Assembly: GCA_036336835.1 (NCBI GenBank)
Contig: JAYZFK010000032.1
Location: 20,398-84,397, forward strand
Length of the DNA stretch: 64,000 nucleotides
Reading direction: 5' to 3'
Source: Myxococcota bacterium
Lineage (GTDB): Bacteria > Myxococcota_A > UBA9160 > UBA4427
The position numbers and the translations under genes were made by a program. Below the pieces are notes generated by a model. The model was not told the DNA's origin and made no database searches. It saw nothing but the letters and a program-made list of their open reading frames with translations. Every line of letters begins with the position of its first letter. The stretch's first letter is position 1. Of this stretch, positions 39,009-51,457 are shown piece by piece.

Positions 39009-41660
39009 CTACCCGACGACGTTGATCAGGCGGCCGGGGACGACGATCACCTTCTTCGGCTCGCGATCGCCCAGGTGCTTGCGCACGACGTCGAGCGCGA
39101 GGGTGGCGCTGCGGATCGTTGCTTCGTCGGCATCGGCGGCGACCTTCAGCTCGCCGCGCTTCTTGCCGTTCACCTGGATCACCAGCGTGACTTCGTCCTC
39201 TTCGAGCATCGAGGTGTCTGCTTCGGGCCACGGCTCGTGGGCGAGCGACCCGTCGTGTCCGAGTCGCTGCCACAGCTCCTCGGCCAGATGGGGCGCCAGC
39301 GGAGCGAGAAGCAGGACGAACTGCTCGGCTGTCGAGTGGGCGAGCGGTGCGTCGCGGGTCATGTCCCGCGCGAAGACCATCAGCTTGGAGATGGCGGTGT
39401 TGAAGCGCATCGCATCGAGGTCGTCGGTGACTCCCCGGATCGTCTGCGCCGCGAGCCGCTGCTGTCCCTCCGTGCCCTTGCCGTCGGCCAGCTCGCGCGA
39501 CACATCGGTGTCGTCGTCGACGACGGACTTCCATGCTCGCTCGAGGAAGCGGCGGACACCCTGGATGCCATCTGTCGACCACGGAGCGTCCTTGTCGAGT
39601 GGGCCGATGAACATCTCATAGAGACGCATCGAATCGGCACCGAACTCGCGGATGATGTCGTCCGGGCTGATTACGTTGCCGCGGCTCTTCGACATCTTCT
39701 CGACCACCTCCTCGAGCGGGAGGCCTTCGTGTTGCGGGTGCATCGCAACACCCTCGGGTCCCTTGCTCACCTCCGTCAGCGGGACCCAGCGCGCCTTCAG
39801 CTCGCGGCCGTCGTCGGCGGCGAGAACGCGCTCGCCGTCGTGGCGGACCTGCTCGGACGAGTAGACGCGGGCAGCGTAGCTCGGGTCGTCGGCGAGGTTG
39901 TCGTCGAAATAGCGATAGCTGTAGCCGAGGATCATTCCCTGGTTGACGAGCTTCTGAAACGGCTCGCTCGTGTGCACGACGCCGAGATCGAACAGCACCT
40001 TGTGCCAGAAACGCGCGTACAGCAGGTGCAACACCGCGTGCTCGGCACCCCCAACGTACAGATCGACTGGCATCCAGTAGCGCTCGGCTTCTTGCGAGAC
40101 CAGCGACGCGCTGTTGTGTGGATCGCAGAAGCGGAGGTAGTACCAGCAGCTGCCCGCCCATTGCGGCATGGTGTTGGGATCTCGACGGATCGTCTCGTTG
40201 GTCTCGGGATCGGTGAGCTCGATCCAGTCGGGAACGCGCTCCAGTGGCGTGTCGTTCTCGCCGCTCGGCGTGAAGTCGTCGAGCTCCGGCAGCTCGAGCG
40301 CGAGCTCATCCTCCGCAAGCAGCTCGATGCTGCCGTCGGCCTTGTGCACCAGTGGAAAGGGCTCGCCCCAGTAGCGCTGGCGGCTGAAGAGCCAGTCGCG
40401 AAGCTTGTAGGTAATCGCGCCCGCGCCGCGGCCGGTACGCTCGAGCTCCTCGATGATCCGCGCCTTGGCTTCCGGTGTGCGTAGCCCGTCGATCAGCCCC
40501 GAGTTGACCGCCACGCCTTCGCCGGTGAACGGGAGCTCGGTGTCCTCGCGGGCTGTGCCCCGCTTCGTGGGCGCAGCGACCACCGGGATGATCGGCAGCT
40601 CGAACTTCGTTGCGAACTCGAAGTCGCGGGTGTCGTGGCCGGGCACGGCCATGATGGCGCCGGTGCCGTAGGTCGCGACCACGTAGTCCGCGATCCAGAT
40701 CGGGATCGATTGCTGATTGACCGGGTTGGTGGCGGTTGCGCCCGTCGGAACGCCCGTCTTCTCGCGACTGTCCGCCAGACGAGCGCGCTCGCTCTTGCGG
40801 CCCGCCTCCGCGACGTACGCCTCGACCGCGGCGCGCTGCGCATCGCTCGCGAGCTCGAGCGCAAGCGGATGCTCGGGCGCCAGCACCATGTAGCTGGCGC
40901 CGAACAGCGTATCTGGGCGGGTGGTGAAGACCTCGATCTCGGTTCCTTCGCGGCCGTCGACTGCGAAACGCACGCTGGCGCCCTCGCTGCGTCCGATCCA
41001 GTCGCGCTGCATCTTCTTGATCGGTTCGGGCCAGTCGAGCCCCTCCAGGTCCTCGAGCAGACGATCTGCGTACTCGGTGATCTTGAGCATCCACTGGCGC
41101 ATCGGGACACGCTCGACGGGGTGGTCGCCGCGCTCGCTCTTGCCGTTGATGACCTCCTCGTTGGCAAGCACGGTGCCGAGTGCCGGGCACCAGTTGACGG
41201 GGACCTCGGCTTCGTAGGCCAGCCCGCGCCGGTAGAGCTGCTGGAAGATCCACTGTGTCCAGCGGTAGTAGGCGGGATCGGTCGTATCGATCTCACGCGA
41301 CCAGTCGTAGCTGAAGCCGAGCGATCGGATCTGGCGCCGGAAGTTCTCGATGTTGCGCTGCGTGGTCTCGCGCGGATGGGTTCCGGTCTGGATCGCGTAC
41401 TGCTCGGCCGGTAGCCCGAAGGCGTCCCAGCCCATGGGGTGGAGCACGTTGAAGCCGCGCATCCGTTTGTAGCGAGCCAGGATGTCAGTGGCGGTGTATC
41501 CCTCCGGGTGGCCCACGTGCAGCCCATCCCCGGATGGATAGGGGAACATGTCGAGGACGTAGTACTTGGGCTTGTCGGGGTCGAGCTCCGCCCGGAACGT
41601 TTCGTGGGTGAGCCAGTAGTCCTGCCACTTGGGCTCGATCTGCGAAGGGTCGTACGCCAT
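39009..41660 (-). CDS. leuS: Leucine--tRNA ligase
   Basis: Motifs MFPYPSG.GLHVGH, FTTRPDT, GTGAIMAVPGHD, SRQRYWG and KMSKS. Confidence 0.97.
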   Translation of the reverse strand: MAYDPSQIEPKWQDYWLTHETFRAELDPDKPKYYVLDMFPYPSGDGLHVGHPEGYTATDILARYKRMRGFNVLHPMGWDAFGLPAEQYAIQTGTHPRETTQRNIENFRRQIRSLGFSYDWSREIDTTDPAYYRWTQWIFQQLYRRGLAYEAEVPVNWCPALGTVLANEEVINGKSERGDHPVERVPMRQWMLKITEYADRLLEDLEGLDWPEPIKKMQRDWIGRSEGASVRFAVDGREGTEIEVFTTRPDTLFGASYMVLAPEHPLALELASDAQRAAVEAYVAEAGRKSERARLADSREKTGVPTGATATNPVNQQSIPIWIADYVVATYGTGAIMAVPGHDTRDFEFATKFELPIIPVVAAPTKRGTAREDTELPFTGEGVAVNSGLIDGLRTPEAKARIIEELERTGRGAGAITYKLRDWLFSRQRYWGEPFPLVHKADGSIELLAEDELALELPELDDFTPSGENDTPLERVPDWIELTDPETNETIRRDPNTMPQWAGSCWYYLRFCDPHNSASLVSQEAERYWMPVDLYVGGAEHAVLHLLYARFWHKVLFDLGVVHTSEPFQKLVNQGMILGYSYRYFDDNLADDPSYAARVYSSEQVRHDGERVLAADDGRELKARWVPLTEVSKGPEGVAMHPQHEGLPLEEVVEKMSKSRGNVISPDDIIREFGADSMRLYEMFIGPLDKDAPWSTDGIQGVRRFLERAWKSVVDDDTDVSRELADGKGTEGQQRLAAQTIRGVTDDLDAMRFNTAISKLMVFARDMTRDAPLAHSTAEQFVLLLAPLAPHLAEELWQRLGHDGSLAHEPWPEADTSMLEEDEVTLVIQVNGKKRGELKVAADADEATIRSATLALDVVRKHLGDREPKKVIVVPGRLINVVG

Positions 41661-41723
41661 CTCGGCCGGGAGGGTGACCGCAGGGCTCTCCAGCGTCAAC
41701 GGCCGTCAGTCAGGGGTGGACGC

Positions 41724-42551
41724 CTATTCCTGGTATAGCTCGATGATCCGGGAGGCGTTCTCTTCCACCGCCTTGCCGCTGATCTCGATGTGTCGCCAGC
41801 CCTGGCGTCGACACAGCTGCCGGGCGCGATCCAGCTCCTGGCGGATGGCGTGGCTGTCGGTGTACTTCGAGAACGGTGAGGTGCCCAGCGACTTGAGCCG
41901 CGCTTGCCGAACCCCCAACAGCGTGTCGGAGTCGATGTCGAGCGTGAAGACCTTATGGGCGTCGAGTTCGAGTAGCTCGGTCGGAGGGTCGAGGCCCGGG
42001 ACGAGCGGGACGTTGCCGGTCTTGTAGCCCCGCTGCGCGAGGTACATGGTGAGTGGCGTCTTCGAGGTCCGCGACACGCCGGTCAGCACGATATCGGCCT
42101 CGTAGAGCGTGTTCAGGTTGGCACCGTCATCGTGGCGCACCGCGAACTCGACAGCCTCGATGCGCTGGAAGTAGTCGTCGCTGATCCCGTGGAGCAGGCC
42201 CGGCTGGTGGCGGGGCTCGGCCCGCAGGTGCGTTGCCGCACGCGCGATCAACGGCCCGAGCAGGTCGACGGTCGCGAGCCCGTAGCGCTGTGCCTCGCGC
42301 AGGAGCTCCGCCGCCTCGCGTTTCTCGACCAGGCTGAAGACCACGAGCGCGTTGGCGTCGGCCGCCTGGGCCATGACCCGCTGCACTTCCGACGGGTGGC
42401 GCACGCCTCCAAAGATGCGAAGCCGCCAGGGCGTCGAGAACTGGAGCATGACCGCGCGACAGGCAGCCGCACCCGTCTCGCCGGTACCGTCCGAGACGAC
42501 GAAGATCTCGCCGCCCGCCTCGCTCCCTTCTGTCTTGTTCCTTGCGGCCAT
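41724..42551 (-). CDS. ppsR: PEP synthase / pyruvate dikinase regulatory kinase-pyrophosphorylase (DUF299)
   Basis: Motifs SDGTGET, YFQRIEAVEFAVRHDDG and GVSRTSKTP. Confidence 0.9.
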   Translation of the reverse strand: MAARNKTEGSEAGGEIFVVSDGTGETGAAACRAVMLQFSTPWRLRIFGGVRHPSEVQRVMAQAADANALVVFSLVEKREAAELLREAQRYGLATVDLLGPLIARAATHLRAEPRHQPGLLHGISDDYFQRIEAVEFAVRHDDGANLNTLYEADIVLTGVSRTSKTPLTMYLAQRGYKTGNVPLVPGLDPPTELLELDAHKVFTLDIDSDTLLGVRQARLKSLGTSPFSKYTDSHAIRQELDRARQLCRRQGWRHIEISGKAVEENASRIIELYQE

Positions 42552-42555
42552 GGCG

Positions 42556-45500
42556 TCAGTCGATCAGACCCTTGCGGCGCTCTGCCTCACGCTGCAGGTT
42601 GAGCGCCTGACGCTGATCGTCGGTCAGCAGGGCGGTCGCCACCTTCGGCCGCAGGATCGAGTAGAAGGTCGGTACGACGGTGATGGCGCCCAGCATGTTG
42701 ATCACCATCAGGATGGCCAGCAGCAGCGCCATCTCGGCCTGAAAGCGCAGGTTGGACAAGGTCCAGGGGATGATGCCGCCGACGATCGTCGTCGCGGTGA
42801 ATACAACCGCCATGCCCGTGGTCCGGACCGCGCGTCTCACGGCCTCGTCGATGTCCGAGGTGTCGACCACCTCCTGGCGGATGCGATCGACGATGTAGAT
42901 CGCGTAGTCGACGCCGATCCCGACCCCGACCGACTGGACCGGCAGCGTATTGATGTTGAGGCCGAGGCCGGCGATCGCCATGTACGCGAGTGACAGCATC
43001 GTCGCCGTCGAGATTTGCAACAGGATGATGAACCCGCTCGACACCGACTGGTAGGTGACCGAGTGCAGCACGAAGATCACGAGCAGGATCAGCGCGATGT
43101 TCGCGACGTGGCTCCGCTCGACCTCGTCATTGATGGCGGCGAGGATGCCCATGATGCCGCCGGCCATCACGAACTGGACGCCGCGGGTCCACGACTGGGT
43201 CGCCTGGTAGCGCGGCACCGAGTCGACGGCCTTGGTGTCGTGCACGATCAGATCCTTGATGTTCACCGCGACGGCGCGGATGCCGCGCTCTTGGCTCTCC
43301 CACCAGGCGTTGATATCGTCGAGCTCCCAGGACTCGAGCCCCTCGGGCCAGGTGAACACATCCTCCTCGTCGAGGCCGTCGCGTTCGTTCTCGTAGTCCT
43401 CGAACGCGCCTTCCTGGAACTCTTCGATCCATTCGGGCAGGTCCGCGCGGTTGGCGGTGAAGTGCACATCCTGCGAGGTGTAGCTGCCGTCGTCGTTGCG
43501 CAGTTTCACGGTCAGCGTGTGGTTGCGGGGTGACGGCAGTACCGGGCCGAGCATGTAGTAGATCTGGTCGGCCAGGCTGTCGTAGTCGAAGAAGCCGGCG
43601 TCGGGGGTGGCCTTGTCCTTGTCGAGCCGGACGATCACCTCGCCGATCGGGTTCTGCTTGATGAACTCCTCAGCTGCGAGCACCGCCTTCAGGATCGTCT
43701 CGCCCTTGTGGTCGGGATAGAAGAAGGCGACGTTCGAGTGCCGGTTGTCGTCAGTGAGATAGGGACGCAGGAAGCCCGGCGCGCTGTTCTGGCGCAGCTG
43801 GAAGAGCTGCTGGCGAACCGTCGCCGGGTGGTTCGGCACGAAGGCCCACTTGGGGTCGCCGAAGTGGTTCTGCTGCCACAGCGTCCGCAGGATCGGCGCT
43901 AGCGAGAGCGTGGCGCCGACGTTCGTATGCTGGCGCATCCAGCGCTCGAACTCCTCCATGCGCAGGATGGGCTGGGCGTCGCCGCTCGCGTCCTTCTTGT
44001 CGCCGTCCGTGTAGATCACGAAGGTGTCGACGCCGCCGAAGCGTTGGGCGATCGCGGCCGTCGCCACATTGAACTCGTGGCTGGGTCTGAACAGTGGGGT
44101 GCCCGGCCGTGCCTCGCCGACCTTGGAGTGGAACAGCGCCACGTAGGTCGCGCTGACGAACAGCACCACCGTCACGCTGGCGATCACCCACTTGTAGGTC
44201 GGGTGAGTCGAGATGTAGCCGATGAAGCGCGTGAAACGCACCATGAAGGCCGGCAGGAAATGCTCGTGCTCGGTCGGTGCCGGCAGGAAGCAGATCAGCA
44301 CGGGGTGCAGGACCTCGACGGTGACGATGATCGAGGCGACCCAGAAGGCGCCGAAGATGCCGAGTTCGCGCATTTGCGGAATCGAGGTCACGAGGATCAT
44401 CAGCAGACCGGCGACATCGGTGATGATGCCGAGCGTGCCGGGCACGATCAGCTCGCTCATGGCGACCGTGGCAACCTCGACCTTTGCCTCGTCCGGGTCG
44501 CCGATCTGAGGGAGCATCGTCTCGTAGTCTTCGAAGAAGCGCTCCGCCATCTGGACGGTATGCGAGATCGCGCGCGCCGTGATGATCGTTGGAATCACCA
44601 GGATCAGCGGGTCGAAAGTGATGCCGACCCAGCCGGTGAAGCCGAGTCCCCAGGTCGCCGTCGCGAATGCGGCGACCATCGGGATCAGAACACCGTGCCA
44701 GCGCCGGAAGTAGAGCCACAGCAGCACGAAGATCAGTGCGATGGTCAGCCCGACGAACAGGCCGATCTCGAAGGCGTGCTTGACCACCCACCCGATCAGC
44801 ACCGGGAAGCCACTCACGTAGACGTAGTGGTTCTCGTCCTCTTCGTCGGCCTTGATCTGCTGGATGTGGTCGAAGACGGCCTGGAAAGTCTCGCGGTTGT
44901 TCAGCCGGTCGGTGACGAAGCCGGCCCGCACCAGGGCGCCCTGCTCGTCGAGTGAGACCAGACGCCCGTAGATGAACGGCGGGTTCTGACGCACCACGGA
45001 CGCAATCTCGTCCGCACCCTCCTGCGTCGTCGGAAGCTTGGGCATCAGTGTCTCGCTGCTGATGTCGCCGTCCGCCTCGATCTGCACCACACGCGTCGTG
45101 TAGTGCGTCAGCGACTGCACGTTGTAGTGGTTGACGGGATACTGCGGATAGGTGCGGTCGAGGAGCTTGAAGATCTCCTTCGGCGCGATGTCCGGGTTGG
45201 CCTCCTCGATCTCCTCACGCATCTCGTCGCGATCGTCGGTGTGGCTGTTGAAGCCCTCGCCGTCGAGTCGGTTGGTGATGCGCTTGAGCTTGGCCAGCGA
45301 CTCGGGGTTGAAGATCGACCCGTCCTTCACGACCAGCGCGAGGAACACCTCGGACGAGCCGCCGAAGATCCCCGAGAACTTGTCTTGCGAGTGGATGAAG
45401 CGATGGTCCGGCCACTGCGCGCGTGCTTCGGTGTCGATGCGTACCATCGGTCCCGGCAGCGGCATGCCGAACGCGCTGAAGACGGTGTTCACGATCGGGT

Positions 45501-45621
45501 ACGCGAAGAACGACGTAATGAGAATGATCAATATCGCGACGATGCCGCGGTGGCGCACGATCACGCGCGCCATGCGCAGAGTCCAGGATTCGCGGGGCGA
45601 GGGGGCAGGGGCTTCGGCCAT
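42556..45621 (-). CDS. MMPL/RND-family transporter
   Basis: Two repeats of TM + large periplasmic loop + 5 TM. GVGIGVDYAIY motif. Confidence 0.85.
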   Translation of the reverse strand: MAEAPAPSPRESWTLRMARVIVRHRGIVAILIILITSFFAYPIVNTVFSAFGMPLPGPMVRIDTEARAQWPDHRFIHSQDKFSGIFGGSSEVFLALVVKDGSIFNPESLAKLKRITNRLDGEGFNSHTDDRDEMREEIEEANPDIAPKEIFKLLDRTYPQYPVNHYNVQSLTHYTTRVVQIEADGDISSETLMPKLPTTQEGADEIASVVRQNPPFIYGRLVSLDEQGALVRAGFVTDRLNNRETFQAVFDHIQQIKADEEDENHYVYVSGFPVLIGWVVKHAFEIGLFVGLTIALIFVLLWLYFRRWHGVLIPMVAAFATATWGLGFTGWVGITFDPLILVIPTIITARAISHTVQMAERFFEDYETMLPQIGDPDEAKVEVATVAMSELIVPGTLGIITDVAGLLMILVTSIPQMRELGIFGAFWVASIIVTVEVLHPVLICFLPAPTEHEHFLPAFMVRFTRFIGYISTHPTYKWVIASVTVVLFVSATYVALFHSKVGEARPGTPLFRPSHEFNVATAAIAQRFGGVDTFVIYTDGDKKDASGDAQPILRMEEFERWMRQHTNVGATLSLAPILRTLWQQNHFGDPKWAFVPNHPATVRQQLFQLRQNSAPGFLRPYLTDDNRHSNVAFFYPDHKGETILKAVLAAEEFIKQNPIGEVIVRLDKDKATPDAGFFDYDSLADQIYYMLGPVLPSPRNHTLTVKLRNDDGSYTSQDVHFTANRADLPEWIEEFQEGAFEDYENERDGLDEEDVFTWPEGLESWELDDINAWWESQERGIRAVAVNIKDLIVHDTKAVDSVPRYQATQSWTRGVQFVMAGGIMGILAAINDEVERSHVANIALILLVIFVLHSVTYQSVSSGFIILLQISTATMLSLAYMAIAGLGLNINTLPVQSVGVGIGVDYAIYIVDRIRQEVVDTSDIDEAVRRAVRTTGMAVVFTATTIVGGIIPWTLSNLRFQAEMALLLAILMVINMLGAITVVPTFYSILRPKVATALLTDDQRQALNLQREAERRKGLID

Positions 45622-45854
45622 CGAGTCCTCGTAGTCAGCGCGCGTGCACAGGCGATCCCGCCTTGCGACGCCACGTTGCGGCGGCGGACGCGGGCTGGGT
45701 TCGGGGTCTTGCGAGCCGGTATTCAGCTTCCGGCTGAGCGACGGACATTAGGCGGGATAGCCCTGTTGGGTCAATGGAAAACCAACGGAAACAGGGGGTT
45801 GCGGGAGCAACCTCGTCGGGTGACGCGCAGTCCGTGGAGTCTCGGGGCTCTAGC

Positions 45855-46484
45855 TCAGACCTCTCGAGCCAGGAAGTCGCCGGGGTTCAGCACCACCGCC
45901 CCGTGGTGGCGCGCGCGATTGGCCAGTCTGCGATCCGCCGTCACCACGACGATTCGCCCGGGCTCTTCGGCGGCACGGATCCTGTGGACCAGCCAGTCGT
46001 CGGCGGATGGGGCAAAGACCGCGTGCAGCCGTCCCGTGCTCTCGGTGGGCACGGGGCGGCTGCCGTCGAATACGACCCACACGTGGGGGTGCTCGCGCAC
46101 ATGGGTCGCTCCCGCCACGGCCTCGAGCACGCGACCGCGCCCCGAGGCCGTCCACCACCGGGTTCGCTCCTCGCCACCCAGGAGCGTGGTGTGGAGCAGG
46201 TTGAACCCGTCGATCAGCCACTCCTCGACTTGCGGGAGTGCTTCGTCGTCTGCGGTGATCGGGGCGGGATGGGGGGAGGAGCCTGTTGACTCGGGAGTCG
46301 ACATCGCGACGCCAGGATACGCTGTGTTGGCTGGCTGGGCCGAGCTGACCAGCCAAGCCCAGCCGAGGCCAAAACCCATCACTGCGGCAATGACTGCCGC
46401 GGCTTCGAGCGTCGCCGGGAGTTGGGGGAGGGTGTGCCTGAGTACGGCGACACCGAGGAAGCTGGGTGGACGGCGACACTGCAT
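45855..46484 (-). CDS. NYN/YacP-like PIN-fold nuclease (start at 46484, or at 46304)
   Basis: Motifs WLIDGFNLL, VVFDG, SADDWL and VVTADRRL. Confidence 0.7.
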   Translation of the reverse strand: MQCRRPPSFLGVAVLRHTLPQLPATLEAAAVIAAVMGFGLGWAWLVSSAQPANTAYPGVAMSTPESTGSSPHPAPITADDEALPQVEEWLIDGFNLLHTTLLGGEERTRWWTASGRGRVLEAVAGATHVREHPHVWVVFDGSRPVPTESTGRLHAVFAPSADDWLVHRIRAAEEPGRIVVVTADRRLANRARHHGAVVLNPGDFLAREV

Positions 46485-46612
46485 CGGGGGTCTCCTGTCG
46501 ATCGCGAGCACCTGGAGTCTCCGGCGCCTGCGTGACAGGTCCGGTCACACACGACAACGCGTGTGAACTCAGTGACTTGCGAGTGCGAGAGGTGTGGTCT
46601 ACCCAACGCATC

Positions 46613-47509
46613 ATGGCGTCCCCCGGCCAGACGCTGCGGATCGGTCTCGTCCAGCAGCGGTGCAGCGTCGATCCCGACGACAACCTTGCACGCGCGATCG
46701 CGGGCGTGGAACGCGCCGCGCGCGAGGGGGCCGGCGTCGTCTGCCTGCCGGAGCTGTTTCGCACCCGCTACCCCTGCCAGAGCGAGGATCCGAGTCGCTT
46801 CGAGCTCGCCGAGTCGATCCCCGGTCCGAGCAGTGAGGCGTTGTGCAAGTGCGCCGGCGAGCTTGGTGTGGCGATCGTGGGCTCGTTGTTCGAGCGCCGC
46901 GCGGCCGGCTTGTACCACAACACCGCGACGCTGATCGACGAGTCGGGGACACTGCGCGCCCGCTACCGCAAGCTCCACGTTCCGGACGATCCTCTCTACT
47001 ACGAGAAGTTCTACTTCACTCCGGGCGACCTCGGGGTGCCGGTGGTGTCGCTCGCCGGCGCGCCGATGGCCAGCCTGCTGTGCTGGGACCAGTGGTTCCC
47101 GGAGGCCGCGCGACTGGCCGCGCTCGGCGGCGCGGAGGTGATCTTCTTTCCCACGGCGATCGGCTGGCAGTTCGACGAGGGCGAGGCCGTCGACACGGCA
47201 CAGCACGACGCATGGGAGACGATCCAGCGCTCGCATGCGATCGCGAACGGCAGCTTCACGGTGGCCGTCAATCGCGTCGGTGACGAGCAGCTGCCCGGCG
47301 CGTCTTCGGGCATCCGGTTCTGGGGCCAGTCGTTCGTGGCCGATCCAGCGGGACGGGTGCTCGCCAGGGCGCCGGCGGACGAGGAGGCGGTGCTCGTCGT
47401 CGATTGCGATCTGTCGCTCGTCGAGCGCACGCGGCGCGACTGGCCCTTCCTACGGGATCGACGCGTCGATGTCTACAGCGAGCTCACCAAGCGGTTTCGT
47501 GACGACTGA
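46613..47509 (+). CDS. aguB: Carbon-nitrogen hydrolase, N-carbamoylputrescine amidase-like
   Basis: E-K-C triad (PELF, YRKLHVPDDPLYYEKFYF, CWDQWFPE). Adjacent to aguA. Confidence 0.85.
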   Translation: MASPGQTLRIGLVQQRCSVDPDDNLARAIAGVERAAREGAGVVCLPELFRTRYPCQSEDPSRFELAESIPGPSSEALCKCAGELGVAIVGSLFERRAAGLYHNTATLIDESGTLRARYRKLHVPDDPLYYEKFYFTPGDLGVPVVSLAGAPMASLLCWDQWFPEAARLAALGGAEVIFFPTAIGWQFDEGEAVDTAQHDAWETIQRSHAIANGSFTVAVNRVGDEQLPGASSGIRFWGQSFVADPAGRVLARAPADEEAVLVVDCDLSLVERTRRDWPFLRDRRVDVYSELTKRFRDD

Positions 47510-48590
47510 CGAAGCCGCGCTGCCGCAGCGGCCCGCCGGCGAAGTGCGGAGGCACTGGCCTGCCGGCGAAGTGCGGAGGCACTGGCCTGCCGAATGGCAG
47601 CCGCACACGGCGACCTGGCTCGCCTGGCCCCACGCTCGCGATACCTGGCCCGGTCGGCTCGAGGAGGTGGAGCGCACCTACGTCGAGCTGGTGCGCGCGC
47701 TCCAGGGGCGCGAGCTCGTGCGCATCGGCATCGAGGGCGACGAGCGCGAAGCCCGGGCGCGACGCGTGCTGGCCGACGGCGGTGTCGACGCCGATCGCGG
47801 TGTCGAGTTCGTCGCGCTGCCCACCGACGACGCCTGGCTGCGCGATACCGGTCCCGTGTTCGCGCGCTGCGGCGCCGAGCCCATAGCGCTCGATTTTCGC
47901 TTCGACAGCTGGGGTGGCAAGTATCCGCCCTGGCAGCGTGACGATCGAGTGGCCAGGCGCATCGCTGCGCATGTCCGGGTCGCGGCCGAGCGCGTGGACG
48001 CGGTGCTCGAGGGCGGCTCGATCGAGGGCAACGGGGCTGGCACCGTGCTGACGACCGAGTCCTGTCTGCTGCAGGGCAATCGCGGCGGGGGATCGCGCCG
48101 TTCGCGTCAGTCGATGGAGCAGCTGCTGGCCGACCGTCTCGGCGCGCGGCGCGTGCTGTGGCTGGGCGGCGGGATCCGCGGCGACGACACCGATGGCCAC
48201 GTCGACAACGTCACTCGCTTCGTCGCCCGCGACACGGTCGTCACCTGCGTTCAGCCGGATGCCGGCGACCCCGATCACGCGGCACTCGCCGCGAACCGCG
48301 ATCGGTTGCGCACGATGCGAACCGCCGACGACGCGGCCATCGCTGTTATCGAGCTGCCGCTGCCCGATCCCGTGGTGCACCGCGGTCAACGGCTGCCTGC
48401 CAGCTACGCGAACTTCCTGCTCGCCAACGGAGTGGCGCTCGTGCCGGTGTTCGGTTCTGCCAGCGACGAGCGTGCCCTCGCCATCCTTCGCGACTGTCTG
48501 TCTGGTCGCGAAGTCATCGGCATCGCCTCGCGCGATCTGGTCATCGGCCTCGGGGCCGTGCACTGCCTGACGTTGCAGGAGCCCGCCTAG
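47499..48590 (+). CDS. aguA: Agmatine deiminase
   Basis: Motifs PAEW, DAWLRDTGP, WGGKY, LEGGSI, DDTDGHVD, ASYANF and GAVHCLTLQ. Confidence 0.92.
   Translation: MTTDEAALPQRPAGEVRRHWPAGEVRRHWPAEWQPHTATWLAWPHARDTWPGRLEEVERTYVELVRALQGRELVRIGIEGDEREARARRVLADGGVDADRGVEFVALPTDDAWLRDTGPVFARCGAEPIALDFRFDSWGGKYPPWQRDDRVARRIAAHVRVAAERVDAVLEGGSIEGNGAGTVLTTESCLLQGNRGGGSRRSRQSMEQLLADRLGARRVLWLGGGIRGDDTDGHVDNVTRFVARDTVVTCVQPDAGDPDHAALAANRDRLRTMRTADDAAIAVIELPLPDPVVHRGQRLPASYANFLLANGVALVPVFGSASDERALAILRDCLSGREVIGIASRDLVIGLGAVHCLTLQEPA
47535..47592 (+). repeat. In-frame perfect 27-bp tandem duplication at the 5' end of aguA
   Basis: gccggcgaagtgcggaggcactggcct x2, encoding AGEVRRHWP twice. Confidence 0.9.
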
Positions 48591-48713
48591 CCACGGGAGG
48601 AGGCTTCCGTGTCGGCTCTCTCTCACTGCCCCGCGGGTAGGTGGCGCGGGCCTCGTTCCGGGTCTCCACGAGTCTCGTGGTACCCTGTTGTTTGCTGGCT
48701 CGTCGAGGTGAAG

Positions 48714-51335
<2,622 letters not shown>

Positions 51336-51457
51336 CCCTTCCGTGGCGCCTCGCCTGCACGGGTCCCCCGGTTGAGGCTCGAATCAACTTTGCCGAGCAC
51401 GCGGGATGGGTTACAACCTGCCGGCCAACCGATATCCAGCCACTCAGGAGGAGCGCC

